NCBI GenBank assembly: GCA_963761645.1
Contig: CAVXIG010000039.1
Span: 2,495 to 66,494, forward strand
Source: an uncultured Acidobacteriota bacterium
Lineage (GTDB): Bacteria; Acidobacteriota; Thermoanaerobaculia; Multivoradales; UBA5704
Direction: 5' to 3'
DNA length: 64,000 bases
The notes beneath the pieces are model-generated. The model ran no database searches and was not told the origin of the DNA. It saw nothing but the letters and a program-made list of their open reading frames with translations. The translations under genes were made by a program, and so were the position numbers. The first letter of the stretch is position 1, and the number at the start of each line of letters is the position of its first letter. Below, one piece after another: positions 55,101 to 64,000 of this stretch.

Positions 55101-55352
55101 GGACTTCTGGAACGGTTCCCCCAAGCTCGGAGACGGCCGCCCTTTTCGTTTCGCCGCCTCCCCGGAGCCGTGCGACGGTTCCCCGTAGCGCGGAGACGCC
55201 TCCCCAATTTGGACGGCCGTTTCCCCCAAGGCTCTGGACGTCTCCCCCACTGGTGAGACCGCTTCCCCAATTCCGAAAGTCGGTTCCCCCAAGCTTCCGG
55301 ACGCCTCCCCCACTCTCACCGGCGGCTGCCCTATTTCGACGGCCACCCCCCT
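55101..55352. repeat. Repeat array C: about 12 tandem units of exactly 21 nt (consensus CAAGCTTCCGGACGCCTCCCC), same family as arrays A and B
   Basis: Unit boundaries at 55101, 55122, 55143, 55164, 55185, 55206, 55227, 55248, 55269, 55290, 55311, 55332. Each unit ends in (T)TCCCC and most contain GACGNC. Lies 175-430 nt upstream of the Cys-rich gene. Confidence 0.85.
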
Positions 55353-55643
55353 TTCGGTTTGACAGCGCTCAAAACGTTTCGTGCACCGCCAGCCGGGTTT
55401 CATGACATCCCGGAGCGGCTCCGGTATCTTCCACGCGCCTTCAGCGGTAGCTCGAAGAGCGACAACGTTCTCCGCGAAAGATTCCAGGGCAGGCTCGCGA
55501 GGTTTCAGGCTGGCGCGGAGAGCCTGGCGGGTGGCGCAGAAGCTTTCCGGGCCTTGTTCTGCCCTGACGAAGTAATAGATTCGCGCATCGCAAGGTAACC
55601 AGAGTCCGCCTACAGCTCCCATTCCGGGACAGCCCGGGTCTTC

Positions 55644-56147
55644 CTACATGATCGGCCCGTCTTTCCTCGACTCGGCCTGCGGCAGGAGACGGTCGCGGTC
55701 GTGGGGCGGGTCTTCGTGGTCGGGGAGAACGTCCTTCGGCCACTCCTTCAGCCAGCTCCGGCGCTCCTGTTCGCTGGCGTAGTACTTCATGTAGAGGAGC
55801 GTGTGCTCCTCGCTCCCGCTGCCGACCATGTCGATGTGGCAGGCGTAGGCCGCGTTGTCGGGCATCAGGACCGTCGGCTCCTGGAGCAGATCGCCCCACA
55901 GCTCGGCATACAGCTCGCGGTCACTCAGATGGTTGGTGTTGTGCAGGAAGGTCCCCATCAGCGCGAGCATGTTGATGACCTCCCACAGCTTGCCGCCGAG
56001 CCGCGCGTCGTCCAGCTCGTCCGGCGGCGGCAGGGCCACGCCGGCCTCGGGCAGCACCTCGGACAAGGGCCTCGGCTCCTGCTGCTCGAAAGCGGCAATG
56101 TAGTCCGCGAACTGGTCCTCGAGATCCTCCGGATCATCCTTTGACAT
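55644..56147 (-). CDS. conserved-looking hypothetical protein (167 aa, acidic), last gene of the amidohydrolase operon
   Basis: Intact ORF starting 10 nt after the upstream stop, with typical GC3-rich codon usage. No motif recognised. Confidence 0.5.
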   Translation of the reverse strand: MSKDDPEDLEDQFADYIAAFEQQEPRPLSEVLPEAGVALPPPDELDDARLGGKLWEVINMLALMGTFLHNTNHLSDRELYAELWGDLLQEPTVLMPDNAAYACHIDMVGSGSEEHTLLYMKYYASEQERRSWLKEWPKDVLPDHEDPPHDRDRLLPQAESRKDGPIM

Positions 56148-56156
56148 ACCGTCCCC

Positions 56157-58190
<2,034 letters not shown>

Positions 58191-58274
58191 CGGATTTTCC
58201 CCCAATCCCAGCAAGCCCCTCGAACGAGGGGACAAAAACGGCAATGTGACAGCGATGTTACAACGGATACATCT

Positions 58275-60347
58275 TCATGAGATAGGTTTCACGCCCAGGG
58301 TTTGCCAGATCGCGTTCGAATCGTAGGTAAGTCCGTTCTTTACGGTCAATACGACTCTGCGGATGTCAGAGATACGATTCAGCGGGTCTCCGTCCACCAG
58401 GATCATGTCGGCCAGCTTGCCCGGGGCGATCGAGCCGAGCTCCTGATCCCGCTTCATGACCCGCGCCCCGCCGAGGGTGGCGATGCGCAGCGCCTCGGGA
58501 GCCGGGATGCCGGAGTCCACGTAGAGCTCGAGCTCGCGGTGGAGAGCGAAGCCGGCCAGGCTGTCGGTGCCGGCGACGATCGTCACGCCGGCATCGTGGA
58601 GGGCCTTCACCATGTTCTGCATCGCCCGGTACGAATCGCGGTAGCGCTGCACCTGGTCGGCCGGCGGGTTGAGGCCGCCGCCGTAAAGGCTGCGCCGCAC
58701 CTGCGGCGGCAGGCGGTCCGCCACCGCGGCGAAGCCGGGATCGACCTCGCCGGGCTGGCCCTTGAACATCCCCTCGAAGGTGGCGAGCGTAGGGTCGGAG
58801 ACGATGCCGCGCTCCTTGAGCAGAGCGATGAAGCTCTTCACCCGGTCGGAACGGAGGTCGAGCTCGGCCCCATGCTTGGCCACTTCCACGAAGCGGGACG
58901 GAGTGCGGGTGTCGATCTTGGGATCGAGGAAGTTGAGCATCAGGAAGTTGACGTGCTGGATCTCGTCGAACCCGGCGCGCACCGCCTGCTCGGCGTTCAT
59001 ACCGTTGGGGATATGGCCGGAGACCCGCAGGCCCAGCTCGTGGGCGCGCTTGACGATCGGCGGCACCAGCTTGGGATCGAGCGAGCTGTAGAGCTTGATC
59101 TGCACGTAGCCGAGCTTGGCGTAGCGCTCCACCCAATCCAGCGCCTCCCGCTCGGTCGAGACCAGGACTTTGGTCGGGCCGGCGTAGGGGCCGGGGCCGT
59201 CGATGAAGCCGGCCATCAGCACGCGCGGCCCCATCCCCTCACCCGTTTCCCAGCGCCGGCGCATGTCCTGGAGCTCGTCGATGTCGTTGGCGAGATCGCG
59301 CACGCTGGTCACGCCCGCCGCCAGATTGAACAGCCCGTCCGACTCGGAGAGGTGGACGTGCATGTCCCAGAGCCCCGGCAGGAGCGTCTTGCCGCGGGCG
59401 TCGATCACCTCCACGCCGGGGGGCACCCTGACCTCGCCGTCCTTGCCGACCGCCTGGATACGGTCGCCGGCGACGATCACGGTCATGTCCGGCTGGATCG
59501 CCAGGGTCGCCGGATCGAACAGCCGGGCGTGGCGGATGGCGAGCCCGCCCCCCTGGGGGTGATGGGTGAGCCTGGCGGCGAGATCCTTGTAGCGCGCCTT
59601 CTCGGCCTCGCCCTGAACACGGGTGAGCTCCGGCACCACGTCCACCCAGCCGTCGCGGAAGAGCGACGCCCACCCTCCGACCGAGGCGAAGAGGTCACGA
59701 TTCTCGTCGAGCCAGACATAGCCGGGGGTGAAGCCCAGCCCGGAGAGCGCGTAGAGATGGACCTTCCGGGAGGTTCCACCGTTGCGGACCTCGCGGGAGT
59801 CGAGCTCCTCGATCCGCGCCTCGCCCGTGGGAAGGAGCGGCAGGCGATGATCCGGGGCCGCCAGCAACGCCTTCGCCAGCAGGGCCGCCTCCTGGGGCGG
59901 ACCGTTCAGGCTGAGAAAGAAGGCGGGCTCGCGGACCTCGCGCTCCCCCTTCTCCGCCGTGCTCTTCCAGGAGGCCCGGATCCCCTCGCGCTCGAACCGT
60001 TCCTCGACCGGGCTCTTCAGGTAGTCGTTGCCGGTGGTCTCGACGAACGTCGGCAGCCCGGCGGCGTCGAGCCGGTACCGGCTGGTGGTGTTCGGTCCGC
60101 GCCCGCGGTCGTTGAACTCGAAGGTGTGGACCTGGGTGCCGTCGGCCTCGACGCGGGAAGCCGCGGAGCCGGCCCGGTTGCCGGAGAAGAGGAACCCATA
60201 GTGGATCTCCCGCGGCTCAGAGGCCAGGGTTACCGGCATGGCGGCCGGGGCGGCCGGCGTGGAAGCCGGCGGCGGCGCCGTGCGGCAGCCGGCCAGGGAC
60301 AGGCCGGCGAGGATGGCGAAAACGATGGGCGACCGGGTACTCCGCAT
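58275..60347 (-). CDS. amidohydrolase superfamily lipoprotein with N-terminal extra domain, copy B (tandem paralog)
   Basis: Intact. Lipobox AGLSLAGC. LPGLWDMHVHL, SGHIPNG, VAGTDS. Colinear with copy A. Confidence 0.8.
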   Translation of the reverse strand: MRSTRSPIVFAILAGLSLAGCRTAPPPASTPAAPAAMPVTLASEPREIHYGFLFSGNRAGSAASRVEADGTQVHTFEFNDRGRGPNTTSRYRLDAAGLPTFVETTGNDYLKSPVEERFEREGIRASWKSTAEKGEREVREPAFFLSLNGPPQEAALLAKALLAAPDHRLPLLPTGEARIEELDSREVRNGGTSRKVHLYALSGLGFTPGYVWLDENRDLFASVGGWASLFRDGWVDVVPELTRVQGEAEKARYKDLAARLTHHPQGGGLAIRHARLFDPATLAIQPDMTVIVAGDRIQAVGKDGEVRVPPGVEVIDARGKTLLPGLWDMHVHLSESDGLFNLAAGVTSVRDLANDIDELQDMRRRWETGEGMGPRVLMAGFIDGPGPYAGPTKVLVSTEREALDWVERYAKLGYVQIKLYSSLDPKLVPPIVKRAHELGLRVSGHIPNGMNAEQAVRAGFDEIQHVNFLMLNFLDPKIDTRTPSRFVEVAKHGAELDLRSDRVKSFIALLKERGIVSDPTLATFEGMFKGQPGEVDPGFAAVADRLPPQVRRSLYGGGLNPPADQVQRYRDSYRAMQNMVKALHDAGVTIVAGTDSLAGFALHRELELYVDSGIPAPEALRIATLGGARVMKRDQELGSIAPGKLADMILVDGDPLNRISDIRRVVLTVKNGLTYDSNAIWQTLGVKPIS

Positions 60348-60373
60348 AGGGATCTCCTTGACTGAGCTCGGAA

Positions 60374-60379
60374 ATTATA
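60374..60379 (-). promoter_or_regulatory. perfect TATAAT -10 box candidate upstream of the amidohydrolase operon
   Basis: Minus strand reads CCCCATATAATTTCCGAGCTCAGTCAAGGAGATCCCTATG. The AT-richer 115-bp gap is the only promoter-sized space. Confidence 0.4.
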
Positions 60380-60462
60380 TGGGGAGAGGTTCGGAGAACC
60401 CGCTCAAATCTACAGCTTTGTTGCTAATTTAGAATTTTTGATGTCCTCGCCCTATCGCCTGA

Positions 60463-60951
60463 TCATTGCCCGATCTGCTGGAGCAGCCGGTCGACCGGCA
60501 CCTTCCCCGACTGGGTGACCGGCACGGTGACCTCGCCCAGCACCGGAACGGCGAAGCGGAGATCGGCGTCGAGGGTGTACTCGGGGTCCTTGCGCCCCTG
60601 GAGGGTGCGGACGACGCGGTAGAGGTCCTCGAACTTGATGGTCACCGGCAGCTCGACGGCGGTGCGGCCGCTGGCGGCGATCGTCACCTGCCGGTCGTGC
60701 CGTCCGGTAGAGCAGGGGCTCGCCGTTGAGCCGCAGCCGGTAGCCGATGCCGTCGAGCACGAGGTCCACGGCGTTGGGGTTGTCCACCCGGAACTGCACG
60801 AGCACGTCGGCCCCGGTGAGATTCGTCCCCAGCAGCTTGACGCCGGTGACGTCGACCTCGGGCGCGGCCATCTCGGAGAGGGTGGAGAGACCCGCGCAGC
60901 CGGCGAAGGTGAGAAGCGCGGCGAAGAGGAGGAGGCGGAGGGGCGGTTCAT
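60463..60951 (-). CDS. LEA_2 (late embryogenesis abundant / water-stress) domain lipoprotein; two compensating frame changes
   Basis: MNRP then (shift near 60938) LRLLLFAALLTFAGCAGLS (lipobox), EVDVTGVKLLGTNLTGADVLVQFRVDNPNAVDLVLDGIGYRLRLNGEPLL. Then (shift near 60700) RQVTIAASGRTAVELPVTIKFEDLY...YTLDADLRFAVPVLGEVTVP. Confidence 0.75.
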   Translation of the reverse strand: MNRPSASSSSPRFSPSPAARVSPPSPRWPRPRSTSPASSCWGRISPGPTCSCSSGWTTPTPWTSCSTASATGCGSTASPCSTGRHDRQVTIAASGRTAVELPVTIKFEDLYRVVRTLQGRKDPEYTLDADLRFAVPVLGEVTVPVTQSGKVPVDRLLQQIGQ

Positions 60952-60996
60952 GGGCGGGCTCCTTTCATCTGATCACCCTACCACTCACTTCATCAC

Positions 60997-61666
60997 CTAC
61001 CACTCTACGCAGAGCTTGAGCCGGAGGTCCCGCTGCCGGTCGCGGTAGAACAGGCACCCCTCGCGCCGGCCGTGGAGATAGAGGTCGCGCAGGATCTCGA
61101 CGTCCTTCCGGCAATATTCCTCCACGAGGTCGAGCCGCCCCTGGCGGACCCATTCGAGGGATTGCAGGCCGTCGGCGGATTTCCCGATCCCCAGCGTCTC
61201 CTGGGCGAGATGGCCCATCCCCACCCGGAAGCCGAGGCGCGAGGCGACGTCCTCCAGCAGGTCGAGCGTCGGCAGGGTGCGCGAGAAGTCCTCCCCCGTA
61301 TAGCCGGCGAGGACCAGGTAGTCGAAGCGCTTGATGTTGTAGCCGATCACCAGGGAGGCCCCGCGCAGGGCGTCCACCAGGGCGCGCACCCGGGCTTCGG
61401 GGTAGACCTCCAGCCGCCCCTCCTCCAGGAAGCAGACCACCCCGACGGCGACCCCCATGCGGTAGGCCTTGTGCCAGCCGCCTACGTCGGCGGCGGAGCG
61501 GAGGGTCTCGAGGTCGAAGAGGACGGTGCGGCGCTGGCCGCCGTTCCCCACCGTCCGCGCGGGGATCAGAACCGGGCGCTGGAGCAGGAAGGGCTCGGCC
61601 CGGATCGGCTCGAACGCGGGCGCCGGGCCGGTCCGGAGATGGGCGTGGCGGCCGCCGGGGCGGCAT
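60997..61666 (-). CDS. RNase H-fold DEDD 3'-5' exonuclease domain protein (MrfB/YprB-like); start uncertain
   Basis: Exo I RTVLFDLETL, then VIGYNIKRFDYLVL and YCRKDVEILRDLY (frame of ORF 60997..63648). The only ATG (61666) is in another frame. Immediately downstream of the DUF1998 helicase. Confidence 0.65.
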
Positions 61667-64000
61667 TTTCCCCCTCTCCCGGTGAGGGAGGGAGGGAGGG
61701 GACGGGAGAGGGGGCGGGGGTGAGGGTCCGAGAAGGCCGCATCTCCACCACCTCCTCCGCCACCACCAGGGTCACCGTCACCGGCTCCCCCCAGGGCACC
61801 GCCGGCTCCTCGCGCCCGAGCAGCAGGCGCAGCACCCGGGCCGCGCCGGGCTTGTCGAGCGGGCGGTTGCCGTTGCCGCACTTGGGGGACTGGACGCACG
61901 AGGGGCACCCCTTCTCGCACGGGCACCCCTCGATCAGCAGCAGCACCCGCCCGAGCAGGTCCGACAGGTCCTCGAAACCGCGCGCGGCGATCCCCACTCC
62001 CCCCGGGTGGCCGTCGTAGATGAAGACGGCGCCGGTGCCCATCTGCGGGTGCAGGGGGTAGGAGATGCCGCCGATGTCCCCGCGGTCGCAGAGCGCCAGG
62101 ATCGGAAAGAGCGAGATGCCGGCGTGCTCGGAGGCGTGGAGCGAGCCGAGGAAGTGCTCCCCCCGCTGGCGCAGGGTCTCCTCGGCCGGCCGCGGCGCCG
62201 CCCACCAGAGCCCCACCGTCTCGAACTCGACGGGGGGGAGGTCGAGCGGCGTCTGGTCGATCACCTCCTGGCCGTGGATGCGCTTGCGCTCGAAGCCGAC
62301 CACCCGCTCGGTCACCTTGAGGCGGCCGAGCCAGGCCTGGAGCGGCCCCACGCTCTTCTCCTCCAGCACCTCCAGGATCTCGGTCTCCTTCTCGGTCAGC
62401 GGCGTCGTGAAGTAGTCGAGGTCCGCCGCCTCGGCCAGCGCCCGCCGCTCCTCGCGCTCCAGCGCCGAGACCAGGAACTGCCGGCCGGCATGGAGATAGA
62501 CCGCGCCGGGGTGGCACTCGTGGAGCGCGCGCACGCCGTCGACGGTGCCGATCGTGCGGCCGCCGGCCATGATGGCGAAGGTCTCCCCCGCCCCCCGCAG
62601 GTTGACGTGGCGCTGCGGCCGGCGGCGCAGGGAGAAGATCTCGTCCCCCTCGGCGGCGGCGAGCAGGTGCCCCTGGCGCAGCAGCTTCTCCACCCGCGCC
62701 TGGTGCGGCGCGAGGTAGTCGCGGTCGTCCCCGCAGAGCGGCATCTCGGAGGCGGCGCAGACCAGGTGCGCCCGCGACACCGGATCGTTGACCGGATCGA
62801 CGATCAGCCGCTCGCAGGGGCGCTCGAGGAACTGCTCGGGGTGGTCGAGGAAGTACTGGTCGAGCGCGTCGGGCATCGCCACCAGGGCGGTGATCGACTC
62901 GCGGCCGGCGCGCCCCACCCGTCCCGAGCGCTGCCAGGTGGCCATCATGCTGCCGGGATAGCCGACGAGGATGCAGGCGTCGAGGCCGCCGACGTCGATC
63001 CCCATCTCCAGCGCCGAGGTGGAGATGACGCCGTCGAGCTTCCCCTCGAAGAGCGACTGCTCGATCCGCCGCCGCTCCTCGGCGAGGAAGCCGGCGCGGT
63101 AGCTCGCCACCCGCGAGGCGAGCGCCGGCTCCTGCCGCCGCAGCCAGGAGTAGAGGAGCTCGGTGATCCGCCGCGCCTTGGTGAAGACGATCGTCTTCAG
63201 CCCGGCGTTGATGAAGCGGATGAAGAGCTGGAGCGCGGTGGTGTACGGGCTCGCCTCCGGCCGGAAGAGCAGCAGGTGGCGGTCCTCCCGCGGCGACCCC
63301 GACTCGGTGATCCAGTGGAACTTCCGCCCGGTGAGAGTCTCGGCGAACTCGCCGGCGTTGGCGGCGGTCGCCGAGGAGGCGATCAGCACCGGGTCCGATC
63401 CCACCGAGCGGCAGAGGCGGAAGAAGCGCTGGAGGACGTGGTGGAAGTGGCTGCCGAAGATCCCGCGATAGGTGTGCAGCTCGTCGAGCACGATCCAGCG
63501 CAGGTCGGCGAGGAACGGCCCCCAGCCGGTCCAGTGGCCGAGGACGCCGAGATGGAGCATGTCCGGGTTGGAGATCACCACCCGCGGGAAGTTCTTGCGG
63601 ATCGCCGTCCGCTTCGACCCCGGGGTGTCGCCGTCGTAGATCTCGCACCCCGCGACCTCCGGCGGCAGCCCCGCGGCCTCGGCCAGGCGGAGGAACTTCC
63701 CCCGCTGATCCTGCCCCAGGGCCTTCAGGGGGAAGAGGAACAGGCCATGCCCGGGTCCCCCCCGCGCCGCCTCCTCCAGGGGAGGAACCTGAAAGACCAG
63801 CGATTTGCCCGAGGCCGTGGGAGTGGTGACCAGCACGTTCTCCCCCCGCCGCACGGCCTCGATCCCCGCCGTCTGATGCGTCCAGAGGCGCGGCACGCCC
63901 CCTCTCCCCAGCGCCCGGGAGATCGACTCCGGCAGCTCCAGATCGCCATAGCGGGCCTCGCTCCCCGGCAGGTGCGTGGTGTAGAGGAGCTGGGGGCCGA
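61566..64000 (-). CDS. DEAD/DEAH-box helicase with C-terminal DUF1998 (MZB) zinc domain (MrfA/YprA-like); N-terminus runs off the right edge
   Basis: Walker A TPTASGKS, DExH VLDELH, motif III SAT, motif VI QRSGRVGRAG. DUF1998 four-Cys CPCEKGCPSCVQSPKCGNGN. The frame stays open upstream of 63896 to position 64000 (HLPGSEARYGDLELPESISRALGRGGV). Confidence 0.85.
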   Translation of the reverse strand, partial: GPQLLYTTHLPGSEARYGDLELPESISRALGRGGVPRLWTHQTAGIEAVRRGENVLVTTPTASGKSLVFQVPPLEEAARGGPGHGLFLFPLKALGQDQRGKFLRLAEAAGLPPEVAGCEIYDGDTPGSKRTAIRKNFPRVVISNPDMLHLGVLGHWTGWGPFLADLRWIVLDELHTYRGIFGSHFHHVLQRFFRLCRSVGSDPVLIASSATAANAGEFAETLTGRKFHWITESGSPREDRHLLLFRPEASPYTTALQLFIRFINAGLKTIVFTKARRITELLYSWLRRQEPALASRVASYRAGFLAEERRRIEQSLFEGKLDGVISTSALEMGIDVGGLDACILVGYPGSMMATWQRSGRVGRAGRESITALVAMPDALDQYFLDHPEQFLERPCERLIVDPVNDPVSRAHLVCAASEMPLCGDDRDYLAPHQARVEKLLRQGHLLAAAEGDEIFSLRRRPQRHVNLRGAGETFAIMAGGRTIGTVDGVRALHECHPGAVYLHAGRQFLVSALEREERRALAEAADLDYFTTPLTEKETEILEVLEEKSVGPLQAWLGRLKVTERVVGFERKRIHGQEVIDQTPLDLPPVEFETVGLWWAAPRPAEETLRQRGEHFLGSLHASEHAGISLFPILALCDRGDIGGISYPLHPQMGTGAVFIYDGHPGGVGIAARGFEDLSDLLGRVLLLIEGCPCEKGCPSCVQSPKCGNGNRPLDKPGAARVLRLLLGREEPAVPWGEPVTVTLVVAEEVVEMRPSRTLTPAPSPVPSLPPSPGEGENAAPAAATPISGPARRPRSSRSGPSPSCSSARF
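61686..61726 (+). other. G-quadruplex-prone tract (eight G3-G5 runs) on the plus strand at the helicase/exonuclease junction
   Basis: GGGAGGGAGGGAGGGGACGGGAGAGGGGGCGGGGGTGAGGG read directly. On the coding (minus) strand it encodes the Pro/Ser-rich tail of the helicase. Confidence 0.6.

Noticed and set aside
54951-55622. 223-aa minus-strand ORF (G-E-x5 heptads) as a real protein gene
   Set aside because: The ORF is open largely because it runs through a 21-nt tandem repeat. Codon third positions are much less G/C-biased than in bona fide genes here. I saw no RBS or recognisable domain. Sister arrays A and B have non-triplet periods. It is kept only as an alternative under the array C finding.

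Overview
GC-rich bacterial chromosomal window with about 55 recognisable protein genes. I recognised no rRNA, tRNA or CRISPR array by eye. The left end (1-6.9 kb) is a visibly lower-GC island. It holds a decayed membrane-anchored TPR-CHAT protease gene, two paralogous long-linker ECF-type sigma factors, a zf-HC2 anti-sigma factor, and two arrays of a 20-21 bp GACGGC-anchored tandem repeat. A third array of the same repeat family (exact 21-nt period) lies at 55.1-55.35 kb, upstream of a 16-Cys secreted mini-protein. The rest is housekeeping or accessory: PlsC-like acyltransferase, tandem Kup K+ transporters, POT peptide transporter, TyrA, a PLP Cys/Met enzyme, two tandem secreted HExxH+PA-domain metalloproteases, IlvA, DUF885, DUF4142, a beta-lactamase-fold hydrolase, a Kazal inhibitor, a DUF1800/DUF1501 pair, MarR-YceI-YbaK, APC and MFS transporters, a double-CAP protein, SirB1-like, DJ-1/PfpI, Lon, an OMP, two tandem amidohydrolases, a LEA_2 lipoprotein, and an MrfA/MrfB-like DUF1998 helicase plus DEDD exonuclease pair running off the right edge. 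The most system-like uncharacterised locus is 32.98-41.5 kb. It has a DUF4202-like protein, a CgeB-like glycosyltransferase, a sugar-phosphate nucleotidyltransferase and an apparently circularly permuted clan GH-A TIM barrel, all translationally coupled. These face myo-inositol-1-phosphate synthase, a small HAD-fold protein and a ~613-aa PRTase-like/kinase-like protein, and the locus is split by an Rpn-family nuclease remnant. Caveat: roughly 50 reading-frame breaks are needed to reconstruct otherwise ordinary genes, so either the assembly carries many indel errors or the genome is decaying. Interrupted genes are given end to end and breakpoints are approximate.
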